The notes below the pieces were generated by a model that saw nothing but the letters and a program-made list of their open reading frames with translations, ran no database searches and was not told where the DNA came from. 64,000 nucleotides of DNA from contig OZ176050.1 in assembly GCA_964247055.1 (NCBI GenBank), positions 11,656,001 through 11,720,000 of the forward strand, in the 5' to 3' direction. The translations under genes were made by a program, and so were the position numbers. Shown piece by piece: positions 26,435-40,600 of this stretch. Source of the stretch: Paragordius varius. Its lineage: Eukaryota > Animalia > Nematomorpha. The first letter of the stretch is position 1. The number at the start of each line of letters is the position of its first letter.

Positions 26435-27813
26435 TAATTTAAATGGAACAATATAATTATATTTGTAAAATTTTTATACCAGACTTAAATTTTTCTACCT
26501 AATATCATAACTAAACTGTTTTACATAAGCTTAAAAGTTTTTTGTAAACTAAATATTCAAGAGCACAAAATAGAATATCACTTTTAAATCCCACATAAGG
26601 GATATGATATTTAGCTATTCGACTTTTATGATTTCGATTATGCATTTACGTTATAAAACAATTAAAATATTGTGATAACTTAGGGTTTATATTTTATATC
26701 GATTTGTGTCAACACTGGCACGTTATTGATTTCTTTCTCGATTCTGAACTTTAATTTAGACATCTATAAAAATACAACCCTTTTACAATGCCTATAGAAA
26801 ATATATCATAATTTAATAACATTTTACCCTGGGACACAAAACCACCCAAAGTAATCGTCTATAAAATAAGAATGTAAACGATTTTTATATCACCATGCCT
26901 ATATTTAACAACTGAAAACCATTATTATTTTTATTATAAAAATTGAAAATGTTATTTTTTTATAAAACCACAGCCAAAAAATAAATATTTTAATTTTTTG
27001 GACATTTTACGATAATATCAACATATGCGTATATATCATTCATCCAAATGCATGCTTTATACTCACCTGGATTTACAGGTAATCAATATTTAAATTAAAT
27101 AAAATAGTTGTTTCTTATATATATCTTAGCACTTTTTAGACTTTTCTTCTAAAAAAGAATAAATTTCATTTTAATTTTAATTAAATAATTGTGGTTAGAT
27201 ATTTACACATCTCTATTTTTAAATATTTGTACCAATATTGTATGTAGATCATTTTATATTAAATAAATTAAAAATATTTCAAATGCCTTCCAACCACTTC
27301 TAAAATGACCTAAAATACTTTTCACAAATTTGTTGTAGCCACATAAGCGCATTAACATTTCTATATATTCGTTTTTTTAAACTGTTTTTTTGTTTTTATA
27401 TAATATTTTTTTCGAATAGAGCATTATAAAAAATATATTGTTTTCTATTGTTGAAATCATTTTTACCTGTGCTAAGTTACCTATTTGACTTTGGCCATTT
27501 TTCGATTGTATTATATTTTAGAAAATATTATTTAGTGTCATTTTAATATATATTGCATAACTTTTTTAAAATAAATTATCCCTAAAATATACATTATATA
27601 TATATTTTTCAAAATTGCATTATGACAGGGGATTTCAAAAAAATAGTCAGGTAAATAAATTTTATCATAGGAATATCATTATATATAATGGAAAATTTTG
27701 AGGTTATACCAATTAACTTGTTACCATTTATGATTTATATTATTTTATGATAGTTTTTTTGATTCAGAAAGATCGTCTCTGTTTCTAACAATATATTTAA
27801 ACATTAAATTGTT

Positions 27814-27853
<40 letters not shown>

Positions 27854-28641
27854 TATTTATTATTGATTTCAAAACAATATCTTTCTGTTCTTTCCTTTTC
27901 AAAAAATTTAAACAGTCAAATAAGTGATTTAAAGTTATAAATATAATTTTTTTATGCATGCTAGACAATCTTTCTATTTCATCAATCGGCAACTTTCGGT
28001 TTTTGCTTCTTTTCATATTATTTACCCGTTAATATGCTAAACATTGACAGAATATTCCCACTTATTTAAATTATTTTAATTGAATATGTCTGTTTTTAAG
28101 ACCGCATCTTATGTTTGTATTTTCCAATAAGAAAATTTTTTTGAACAAGTAGTATTTTGTTAATTAATATTATATCATCCCTTTTAAATAAGTTGTTATG
28201 AAACCATTTTTTTCATGATTTTTGTGTATATTTTGCATTGGGTTTTATTGCAAAATATTTAAATTAACATATTATATGGCCAATATTCACATATTTAATT
28301 CATCGACGGACATTCCACTCTATATACATTTCATTAATAATGTACTGCTTACCTTTAATTTTGTTATTTTTATAGATTTTGTACATTCAGTATGGTACAT
28401 ACGCATATGAAAATCATTTAGCCATATTTATGTCTCCATCGAATTCCTCGTTATAATTTTCACCTTATTATCCATATTTTTGGGAATTTTTTACTGACTA
28501 CCAAGAATTGACGACGGAAACATTTATATATTAATTAACTCTAAAATTACTTCCTTATGAACGTATGTATAGCATATTGAACTCAATACCGCTTCTCTCC
28601 CTATCTAAAATAACATAAATTCATAAAGCACCACGCAAAAT

Positions 28642-31600
28642 ATGGTTATTTTATCTAGGGTACGTTAATATATTTGATATTTTTAAAATTTTATATATCA
28701 CTTTATGACCTTTTAGATTAGGTTTATCCTTTAAAACCATTTAATTAAAAATGTGCTTTTAGCAGCCTTTTAGGCGCATGATACAAAAAATATAAAATTG
28801 CAAAAAAAATTCTTATAAGGCAAATAAATGTATATTATGGTTAAGTAATATAAATAATTTAACTAAAGGTGTTAAAATTACGATTTACCTGAAAATTTTG
28901 CATATTCATTGATTTTATTAGCTATTCGTTTTTATGTTTTGAGGCTGCCTATAGAAGTTAATTACTGTAAACCAAAGTTTTTTTTATCTATTACAGGAGA
29001 AGAGGGTTTGATAAAAAAATTTTAACCAAAACAACTTTTAAAACAGTAGTTTGTTTACTACATTATTGAAAAAGTCCTTAAGTGTTATATAGTTATCAAA
29101 AGATAAGCAATAGCTTTTCTAACCCCAGTTATATCATGTAATTTTACCAATCTTTACGTCTATTTAAAATGTGTAAAATTTTTACAACTATACATTATGT
29201 TTACAAGCTAAAATTTAATTGTATTCGTGAAGGCCTAAGGAATTTGTCATTATAATATAAATATTGTTTGTACTTTGTCCCACATATTTAGGTCATCCAT
29301 ATTTTTCTTGCTATAATCTAAAACGGACACCGTAATTTAAATTTAAATACATATGCAATAAGTTTATCCAATCTTTTTATCAAATAATCTCCAAACTTTT
29401 TTGAAAGTAATAATTAGAGTTTTTTAAATTTTTACTTAACTTTTCACTCGAATTAAATATAAGAAAGAGGCTAGTCACTTTCTTTCATAAATTTCATGAT
29501 TTATTAATATTTTTACGAAATCAGGGTGAATACATCTGGATAATACCGGATGATCGTTCAAGCCATAGCAGTGAATACAGCGTTCCCATGGGAGCCCGGG
29601 TTAAAATGGTTGAAGGCTCCAAAATACTAGTTCAAGATGATGAAGATAGGGTATGACAAAAAGAGAAAAGAAAATTAATTTTTTTCTAGTTTTATAGTGT
29701 ACCACTTTAAATTAAAATAATTCTATAAATCCACTCAAAAATATGTCCAAAAACTGTTTTTAACCCTAAATTTTCACGATTTCAACATAAAAGTTAAATG
29801 TTTAAGAATTCTTGCTGTCTACTTATTTTATTTAAAATTATTTTGGATAGGAATATTATATTGGGACAAATAGTCGTATACGAGTTATGCATTCCACTTC
29901 GGTTGAAGGCGTCGAAGATATGATAAGTTTGGGGGATCTGCATGAGGCTGGAATCCTGAGAAATTTGCTCATACGCTATAAACATGGATTTATTTATGTA
30001 TGGTTTTTACGATCTATTTAAATACATACGTTTTAAAATTTGTGTTTAGGTCTTAGGGATAATTGACACCTCACTATTTAATTAATTTTTTTCAATTTTA
30101 AGCTGTAGTTTTGATTTTAAATTATCTAATTTTTGAATTTTCTAGAGAAAAGTAACATTAAATATTTTTTATAGTTAAGCGTATGTTGTTTAACGTCCAT
30201 TTATTCACATTGGTTAAAATAATTTTGGTAATTCAAAAAAATTGGAATTAAAATCAAAGTGTTATTTTTATTAATACACTTAAAGTCAAAAACTTAACTT
30301 GCTAACCGCATCCTAAAGGCAAATTTTGTTTTAATTTTTTATGTTAAATATCCATATATCAATCATTTTATCTTTTATGATAGAGTTATACGGGCTCTAT
30401 TCTCGTTGCCGTTAACCCTTATCAAGTTTTGCCTCTTTACACACCCGAACATGTTAAATTATATCGCCAAAGAAAAATTGGCGAATTACCTCCCCACATA
30501 TTTGCCATAGCTGATAACTCATATTCTAGTTTATTCCGTATCGGAAATCAATGCATTATAATTAGGTCACTTTTTGTAAAATCTTAAATTGCTTGAAGTT
30601 TTAAAAAATCCAATAAAATCTTTTTAAATATTTGTGTTATTTTGACAAGAAATTTAACCTTTTTACCTTTTTTAGCGGTGAAAGTGGAGCGGGTAAAACG
30701 GAAAGTACTAAGATTGTTTTACAATTTTTGGCGGCAATCAGTGGTCAACATTCATGGATTGAACAACAGATCTTGGAATCTAACCCGATTCTTGAAGGTT
30801 TTCATGATTACATGCAATAGTTGCAAATAATTATTGCATAATATTTTTGGTTATCCTAACTATAGATATTTTTATGATTTTTTCATTTATTAGTCATAAT
30901 CCTCGTTATAAGTATGAATGACATTTCAATCAATAAGTGTTTATATATTTAATATTTTTGCATATATAGCTTTTGGAAACGCTAAAACTATCCGCAACGA
31001 TAACTCTAGTCGATTTGGCAAATACATTGATATCCAATTTAATCGTTCGGGTAGCATTGAAGGAGCCAAAATTGAACAATATTTGTTGGAAAAATCGCGA
31101 ATCGTCCATCAAGTAATTTTTATAATTTTATTATATTGGAAGAAATGTTCTAATTTATAAATTATTTTAAATCAATTTGTAAATTTCGATAAATATTATT
31201 AATTTTTTTGGAAAAAGTTATCTAATTATAGTTTAGATTTTTGACAATCAATATATATTCAAGACTATCTTTTAGGTCTTAAAACAATATTTTCTTTATT
31301 TTTTAGGCTCAAGACGAACGGAATTACCATGTCTTTTATTGTATGCTAGCAGGAATGTCAGAAGATGAAAGACGTAAGCTCTATCTAACCAAAGCTGGAG
31401 ATTACTTTTATTTAACACAGGTCATTAAATTAAAAATATAATTATAATAATATCGTTTTAAATATTTAAATAGGAATATATCTAAGATTATCCAGAATAG
31501 TTTTGCAAATTATTTTATATATTTAATTATTTTATTTTATAGGGTGGTGGTTCATTAGTATGTGAAGGTCGATCAGATTCAGTCGAATATTTTAACATAA

Positions 31601-34600
31601 TTTCTGCCATGAAAGTCCTTTTGTTTAAGGAGGAAGAAATCTATGATATATTTCAATTACTTGCAATCATTCTCCATTTCGGCAATCTCAACTACAAAGG
31701 TTTTTTTTCATAATATTTTATAAATTTATTTTATATATTTGATTTTATTTATCATAAATTATTTATTTATAGGAACAACCATAAAAAATTTGGATGCCAG
31801 TGAAATCGCTAACCCAAATACCCTTGACCCCTTATCAAAATTATTAATGGTTATAATTTGAATAATTTGAATTCTCGTAAAATTTATTAAATTGAACTAT
31901 ATCCAAAATTTTCGAGACATGGTAGTAATATTTTAATGGAATATTAAAAACAAAAGAAAATAATAATGATAAAATATAATTAAAACAAAATTTGAAAATA
32001 AATAATCATAAATTATGATAAAAAAAAATGTAAAGTGTGATGTCCATGTGGTTCTTTTTTGTTTTTTTCTTGGAGTGACAAATATTTTAAATAATCTGTA
32101 CCCCTTAAGAAGTCTTTAGTGACCATGTTCATTTTTATATCTCCTCTCTTCTGTTGATAAGGTGGACACTATTTGAATGGATGAAACCATAAATATTTAA
32201 CTCATGTAATTAATTTTAAAAATTAGTATGTTTGATTTTTTTGCGCCTTATAAAACATAGATTATTTAATTTGGGAAACATTATCTGTTTTAACACTAAT
32301 AATCTTTGTAGCTTATTTTTTTCGAGCTAAATATGCATTAAGATCATGGCTAAATATTACATATATTTATGCCAAATTTGTTGCAAACATCAGTAAAACC
32401 AATATTATATTTATCAATAAATTTTCGTTAAATTAAACAAAAACATTTAATGACACTACTATTAAGGTAAAACCCAATGAATTAAATCGTGCCTTAACTA
32501 CCCGTACATTAATTACGGGAGGTGAAACTCTGGTAGCCACTCTCAGTGCAGATAAATCGATGGATGTTAGAGACGCGTTTTGCAAGGGTGTATATGGGCG
32601 ATTATTCGTGTACATTGTTGAAAAGATCAATGAAGCCATCAAAGCACCTCATGAAACGATCAATGGTCATATCTTACACGGTAGCCCTAAAAATGGGGGC
32701 CAATACGAATTTAAAAAGTATTTTTAAACTAAAAATGTATGCAGCAGAATTTAAATATTTTTAAGTGTTGAAAAAAAAAGCCTGAACTTTAATTATATTA
32801 AAATTTTATGGTAAACATCAATCACAGATCAAAGAAATTATATAAGGATTTTTTCCGTTTCGTATAAGCAAAATTAAAACCTTTCAGAAATGTAACTTTT
32901 AATATGTTATTAAAGTGTTTGGTCAACTTGCTTCTTTGTTTAATTTAAAAATCAGTTATGTCCTATTTTTTGACTTTTATACCACTTGATACTATCTATT
33001 TTAGTAGAGATTTTTAAAAATCAAATATATATATTCTTGTTTTAGTAATCATGTCAATGGACATTCCAATTCAAATATTATAAATGGGCATCAACACACA
33101 AATGCTATAACGGTAAATCATGGCGATGGATTGGCCCATTTAGGCGTTTTAGATATCTTTGGGTTCGAAAATTTCGAATTTAACAGGTTCTAATACATGT
33201 TAATCTGTATATTTAAGTTTTAAAATATTTTAGTATTTTGTAATTTTTTGTTTTGCTTTATAATCTAAAATTTACAAAATAGCTTCGAACAATTTTGCAT
33301 CAATTATGCCAATGAGAACTTGCAACAATTCTTCATACGTCACATCTTTAAATTAGAACAGGTAACTTTTTTTTTGTTTTCTATCAAATAACAAATTTTT
33401 TAATAATATAATTTTAGTAAACACAAAAATTTGTAATATTTTACTAATTATATATTTTCATACAATACCTTCATCAAAATTTTGTGCGCCATTATAGGAG
33501 GAATATAATCACGAGGGTATAGATTGGCAACACATAGATTTCATAGATAATCAAGAGACTTTGGACTTGATTGCGGGTCGACCGCTCCATATTGTAGCGT
33601 TGATTGATGAGGAAAGTCGATTTCCAAAAGGCACGGACCTTACATTACTGGATAAATTGAATCATACCCATAGGAAACATGCTTCATATCTAGAACCTAA
33701 AAGTGGAAACGCTAAATATTTTGGCATAAACCATTTTGCCGGTCAAGTCTTGTATGATATTCAAGGTAGATATAATATACATACGTGAATTATCATATCT
33801 ATGGTTGCTATAATCTTAATTTTTAATGTTTTACATGTCTTTAAATCATAAAGTTCAGACTCATTTATATAGTTAAACTATTATCAAAATATGGTTGCTT
33901 ATTAGCATGTTTTATTGTCAAACATCATATTAGAGTTTTTATACATTATGTTATATAACAGAGCTTATTCAAATTTTAATATGGAGTCTATAGTTTATGC
34001 ATAGTAACAGAAGCTTATTACATATTTACACTTTATATGCGTATAGGTTTTATTGAAAAAAATCGAGATACCTTTAGTGCGGATCTATTAAGTCTAATCT
34101 ACAGTACAAACAATCGATTTCTCCACTCTCTATTCCACAAAGAACGGATGATGGTAATATGCTAATTTTTATCCCTTAATTATTTAATCATTCAAAATTG
34201 CAAATATAATTAGGGACCTGAAACACGTAAAAAATCGCCCACGCTCGGTTTGCAGTTTAAAAAATCTTTGGATTGTCTCATGAAAACGCTAGAAACTTGT
34301 CAACCATTTTTTATCCGGTGCATAAAACCTAACGATGCTAAGAGGCCTGGGGTATGTCTTCATTATTATTTAATGTTTTTTCTTCGGTTTATAATAACCT
34401 TAATAATTATTCTACATAAAAACATAATCATAAGGCAATATTTTAAACATGAGCTTAAATATTATTATTATATGTCATGGCTAGATTTTTGATCGGGAAC
34501 TTGTTGTCAAACAATTGCGATATTCGGGGATGATGGAAACTATTCGCATTCGCCGAAATGGTTATCCCATTCGACATGGATTTAATGATTTTTTTGCTCG

Positions 34601-37600
34601 TTACAAACATTTAGTTACAGTTGCTTCCCTTAAACATGCCGGCGTAGCACACATCCTTAAACCCACTAATACTAAACAGCGGTTGGTTATAATTTTTTAT
34701 TTTTCTATTATTTTACCATCCATAACACTAGTCGACAAATTTGGACATTTTTGAGCACCACCATTCAAACTTTTAAATTATGACTAATTTTAGTGTTTTA
34801 AAACCGAATGTGAAAAATTTTTTGATCCCGCCAATCAGAATGAAATATTATAGATTTTTCAATTTTCCAAAAACCAGAGAACATCGAGAGAAAATTCAAT
34901 ATAACTTTATAATAAAATGTTATTATATTATAAATTTAATATCATTTAATAAAGCGTTTTAAACTCTATCTTTTGAATATAAATATGTCATTTAAATAAG
35001 AAAAAAATAGTGCGGACTTAAACGTCAATATTTAGTCTTTTTCTTTCAAGTGAATTTTTAATACGTATAAATAATTTTTTAAAAAATACTAAAAATAACA
35101 TTCTATGGTTTGAACCTTCGGCTTTTAGATAGGCTATATTTTTTTGTTAGTTTTCGTTCTTTCGAGTACTTATTAAGCTTTTTTTCTTGAGCTGGTTCTT
35201 ACAAAAAATCTTTTATTTATACCTAGTGGATATACTTTATTTTTTAAAATTATTGGTTGTTTTGTATTTTTAATTTCAGATGGATGTTGTGTAGCCACTT
35301 TTAGTAGAATTTACTGTTATGGGGTTGGACCATTTGTATTTACCTAATTTATATTCAATTTAATTGTATTTATCTAACTTTATTCTGTAAATTGATTATG
35401 ACATGTCAATTTGCCTGGATTTTGCTTGCAAGTCTCTCTTATCGGACTTTACGATTGCTTATTGTTGTCTTTGCCACATCTGGCATAATTATTGGATCGC
35501 TTGGGGGATATGCAGAGCTTGTGCAGCCGCCCGGATCTATCACACTATACATAAGCCCCTTTTAGATTTTTAATACTTTGGCTCTTAGCTTGTTTAGTAT
35601 CATATTTAATGACTAGAATTTTGTTATTCATGCATGGAATATTACTTGTATCGACTTGTTCGTTTGAATATTTAAACATATGTACATGAGGAATGATTGT
35701 TATTTTTAAATTATATACAAATTTAAAAATTAAATTTCGGAAAAATCCTATTGGTGGCCTCAATTTTCTTTTTTGTTTTGGCCTTTCCATGCCATTAGGT
35801 ATCAAAAAATGCAAAAATAATGGGGTGGTGCAAAACCTTGTTGAGCAGTGTAATTAAACATACCTGTGTATTTGCAATCAATTTTAAACCATAAAATTTT
35901 TTATTTAGGCATCAAGAAGCATTTATGGATGATTACAAAGTGGCTTCACGCATTATTTGTTCCACTGTTTTGGGATCAAAAGCTGATTTCCAAATTGGCC
36001 ATTCAAAGGTGTTTTTGAAAGTAAGGTGTTTTATGGTATCTATTTTAAAGGATTAAATACTTAATTCAAAATAGTATTTTTTACATTTAGAGAAATCTTG
36101 CGCATATATTAAATTAAATTTACACATGATATTTTTAGATAATGTTATCGCGCATGTTCTGAATATCAAACTAAAAAAAACTATTTCTATATTAATTAGG
36201 ATTGCCATGACCTGTATCTGGAACAAGCAAGAGAACGAGCTTTAACACAAAAAATAATCTTGATTCAAAAACACGTTAAGGGTTGGTTACAACGACGTCG
36301 TTTCCAACAAATTAAATGTGCCGCTTTCATCATTCAAAAATATTATAGAGGTTTTTGGTTCTTTTTATACTTTTAATTTTTCGAAATTTTATTTTGATAA
36401 ACTGTATACCGTCTAATTTTAATATAAATCTTTTATTATCAAAATAGGATATCTCTATCGGAAAAGGTATCAAGCGATGCGGATGGGTTTTGCACGATTA
36501 CAGGCTTTAATTAAAGCTCGACGTATCTATGAACAATATATGTCAACTAGGCAGTTTATGATATTACTCCAAGCACAATGCAGGTTTTTTATGCATAAAA
36601 TTTTGAATCCACGATACAAAAATTAATAATTTATCAAACTTTCATAAATTATTACATATATGTATAGAGGATATTTGGTTCGCAAGGAGACTCGTAAAAA
36701 ATTAGAAGAAGCCCGTAAAGCAGCCAAGTTACGACAACAAGAAGCCAAAGTTATTAAATATTTTGCAAATAAACAGTGTTTAAAATTTTTGAAAAATGGC
36801 AATCTTTTTTAGCCGGTTAAATTTTTTGCATTATTTATCCGAGGGCCGTCTTATTTAGAGTGGTATCATTTTTAATCAATTTAAAGACACAAAACGTAAT
36901 TATTCTTTATGTATTAACGAAAATTATATTTTGTTAAAAAATAAAGTTTAATTTTTGGCAATCTAAAAGAGGTATTTGTTGGTATGTATGAACTATTTAA
37001 TTCGATAGTCCGTTCTTAGAACCCAAACATTTTTCTTTTAACAATACTTTAGCGATTAAATAAACAATATGACAATGGTACCCGTTTTGACAAGTCAAAT
37101 AAGGGCCAAAATAGGCATGTTAATCAATTTTCGGACAAAAAGCAAAGGACCAACTCAGCCCATCTCAATACCGGATTCGATGAACAAGCCACGATTGAAG
37201 AATTATTCGGAAATTTAGATTCCAATAAAAATTCTGATAACAACGCCCCTAACCAACCTGACGGTGAAAGACTTGTTGAGTCAGAGGGAGGAAATAACAT
37301 AAAGAGCGGAAAATTTGCTGCTATAAAAAACATTTTGGAAGAAAAAAGGAGTCGTGATCCCCAAAGCTTAACTCAATCTGGCGCTTCAACAAATGAACCT
37401 GGCAATATAGTACAACCCGTTTCTAATAAGGCTTTTTCTGATGGGCCGACAGCTTTTAAAGTAATTGCGTAATAAATATGTGTTTGTATTTGAGATTACT
37501 AATGTTTCTTTTGAAAACTTCAATAATATATAATTTTTAGGACTTGGAGGATGGAAGGGACCAAGCTATAAAAGCTTCAAGTACCCAACCGAATACGGCT

Positions 37601-40600
37601 TCGGAAAAAACACTTTTATACCAATATATGCAAGAATTGGATGATTTGACCCTAAATATTAATAATAATAATGGCGATAACAAAATTTTAAATAATTATA
37701 ATAAAGATAACACTATACGTAATGATTGGAGTAGCTTAGAAAATTTGGTAGGTGAATTTAAATTTCCAAAATTTGCTACTACGTATTTTCAAGGTAATGT
37801 GGGCCATACATTTTTCCGAGGTGAACTGAGACAGCCTTTGTTGCCCCTCAAAAATCCTGGTAAATGTTTTATATCTATAAATTGCCTATCTAAACTAAGT
37901 TTTAATTAGTTTTTCATCAAAGTTAATTTTGTCTATACTCTGTGTTACTTAATCTTGTTTTTTTTAGTTTCCTATGTTTAAATTTTTTTAAAAATCAACT
38001 TTTCCTTGAATTTTATCCTGTATAAATGTTACCAGAAGGATTCTCTAATCAAAAAATTGTGAGTAGTTTTAATGTGATTTAAATAAAATAGGTGATATTT
38101 TGGCCGCATTGGATGTCTGGGTTATGATACTACGCTTTATGGGTGATATGCCAGAACCGAATTTATCAACAGATCCCAACAACACTTTAGATAAAACTAG
38201 TCATCGAATAAATGATTATTCGAATGGAAAAAATAGTAGGAGATCTTCAGCCATTTATACCGATGATAATATGTCAGTCATGAATAAAATTTACAATACA
38301 CTCTCTAGGACAGCGGTATATAGAATTTGATTTTTTTTAATCTTTTTTATCGATTTTCTTCTTCAAAATATTTTTATGTAAAACGCAAACGAATTTTTGA
38401 TTGAAAGTTGTGGCATAGTTTAACCTTGAAACCTTTTTAAAAACAGATTGATTTTATTTCGAAACTATATATGGATTTGAATTAATTTATCGTCCATATA
38501 TTTGAAAGGATGTCGATTTGAATAAAATATATAAATTGTTTTTAACTAACAAATTTATGCATATATTTTTTATAATTTTAGGGTAAAACGATTGCAGCCG
38601 ATAGAACGTTTGGTTTAGATCCCAAAGATTATCAAGCTATTAGCAATGGTTCACATCATGCGCTCAATAATAGTAAAAATAATTGTAACAAAAAATTCAC
38701 AAATCACAATTATGAAAATTCTATGGTAGAGGATTTGCATTCAAACACTCAAACTGGTATTCATGCACAGACAACCAATAATTTGCGGAAGAAATTGATT
38801 AGTTTAACGCTAAAACGAAAATCTAAAATGGCCCCATTAGGTAGTTATTTATATACTTTACGAAATTCTCTCTCGAATAAATTTTGTTAAATTATAATTT
38901 TCGAATATTTGAATACTTTCACTTCCCTCTTAGGTCTAATAAAATCTGATCGACCAGCGCTTAAACAACCACACCAAAACGGATATCATGATAATTCTCA
39001 TCGAAACGAAACTACCCCTTATAATGGCCCGTCAGATATGAATCATAATATGACTAATGGAGATGTTTTGGGTTATGATGACCCTGCCGAGGACCTTATA
39101 GCTTCCATGAAAAACAAACCGCTTTCAAATTTGGACAAACTGCATTTCATAATTGGTATAGGGAATTACTATGTGTTACTAAATATTTTGGTTGATAATA
39201 TATGCATAATAATATTTTTTTGCCATAAGCGTTGTTTCGGAAATACATATTATAGCACAACTTTCAGATTAGGTGGGTAAATATTAGGATTCCGGATTTG
39301 GAGTTGTTTTCTTTCCACGTAAATCCCACCCGTTACAATTAACAATCTTTACATTGTTCTGTTATAAGGATTAAAGGCCATTTTTATATTATCATTATAG
39401 GAAACGAGTGGTCGTCCCTTTCTTCTTTTGCCATCAACATTCATGTTTTTAATAGTTATAGAATGGGTCGCGTCTTGCAAAATTAAGCCTTTTAAACAAT
39501 TTTTTACTTAAACGCCAAATATCGTAATTGTTATGCATACAAGGCCCTTTTTTAGTGAAATTTAACAATAGCGCCCTAAATTATTTTAAAGATATCATTT
39601 ATTTTAACTATATCATTTTACACATGATATATATTTTTACCCAATAAAATACCCAGGAAACGGCATTTTGAGACCCAAACTCCGAGACGAAATATTTTGC
39701 CAAATTTGTAAACAGCTAACATCAAACCCTAATCCGGACTCCAGTCGAATACGTGGATGGATTTTACTTTCTTTGTGCATTGGTTGTTTCCCGCCCTCAC
39801 ATACGTTCGAAAATTATCTCAAAAATTTCTTGTACCAAAATCACAAAAGTATACAAGCCGCAAATGCTAATATAAGGTAAAGTGTCAATTTATATCTTTT
39901 AAATATTTTCCTGGCTTACTAAATTATCCAATTTTATAAATCAAACGATGTAATTTACTTTCAATATAGATATAGTTATATATTTTCTTTATTTTTTTCA
40001 AGCATTTAATTCCATTCCTTATATAAAATTGGATATATCAATTTTTAATTAAATGACAAATTAACTTTGTCATACATATAGTAGATGTCAAGAAAATGGG
40101 AAAGTTGCGCGTATGATTGGCATAGATTTTGCTGCACGATGCTTACATCGCTTACAAAGAACGCTTAAGAATGGTCCCAGGTCTCAGCCACCCTGCTGGT
40201 TAGAACTACAAGCCGCAAAGGCCTCCGTGGCTGCAGTTTATAAAAATTTCAATACAAGTATGTGTCTCGAGCTAAAAATGAGTTTATTAATTATTATGAA
40301 AAGTTTAAAAAGCAAGCGATGAAAAGTTTGGCAAGCACTAAAACGCTACAACTTTGATATTTAGTTTTTTTGTCAACACATATTTTAAAAATAAACTCAA
40401 ATCAGTATATTATATACAAATTATCCTATGTTATGAGCTACTTTTATAAAAGATTCCTTAATAATGAATACCATCGCTATTTATTTAAAAAGAATTTTAT
40501 ATGCTAAAACTTACATATTGTAAGTATCATTAAGTCAAAGATTAACTAAAGACTAATTATTGTTTTATTATTTTAATGATTTTACATTGTAGATTATTAT

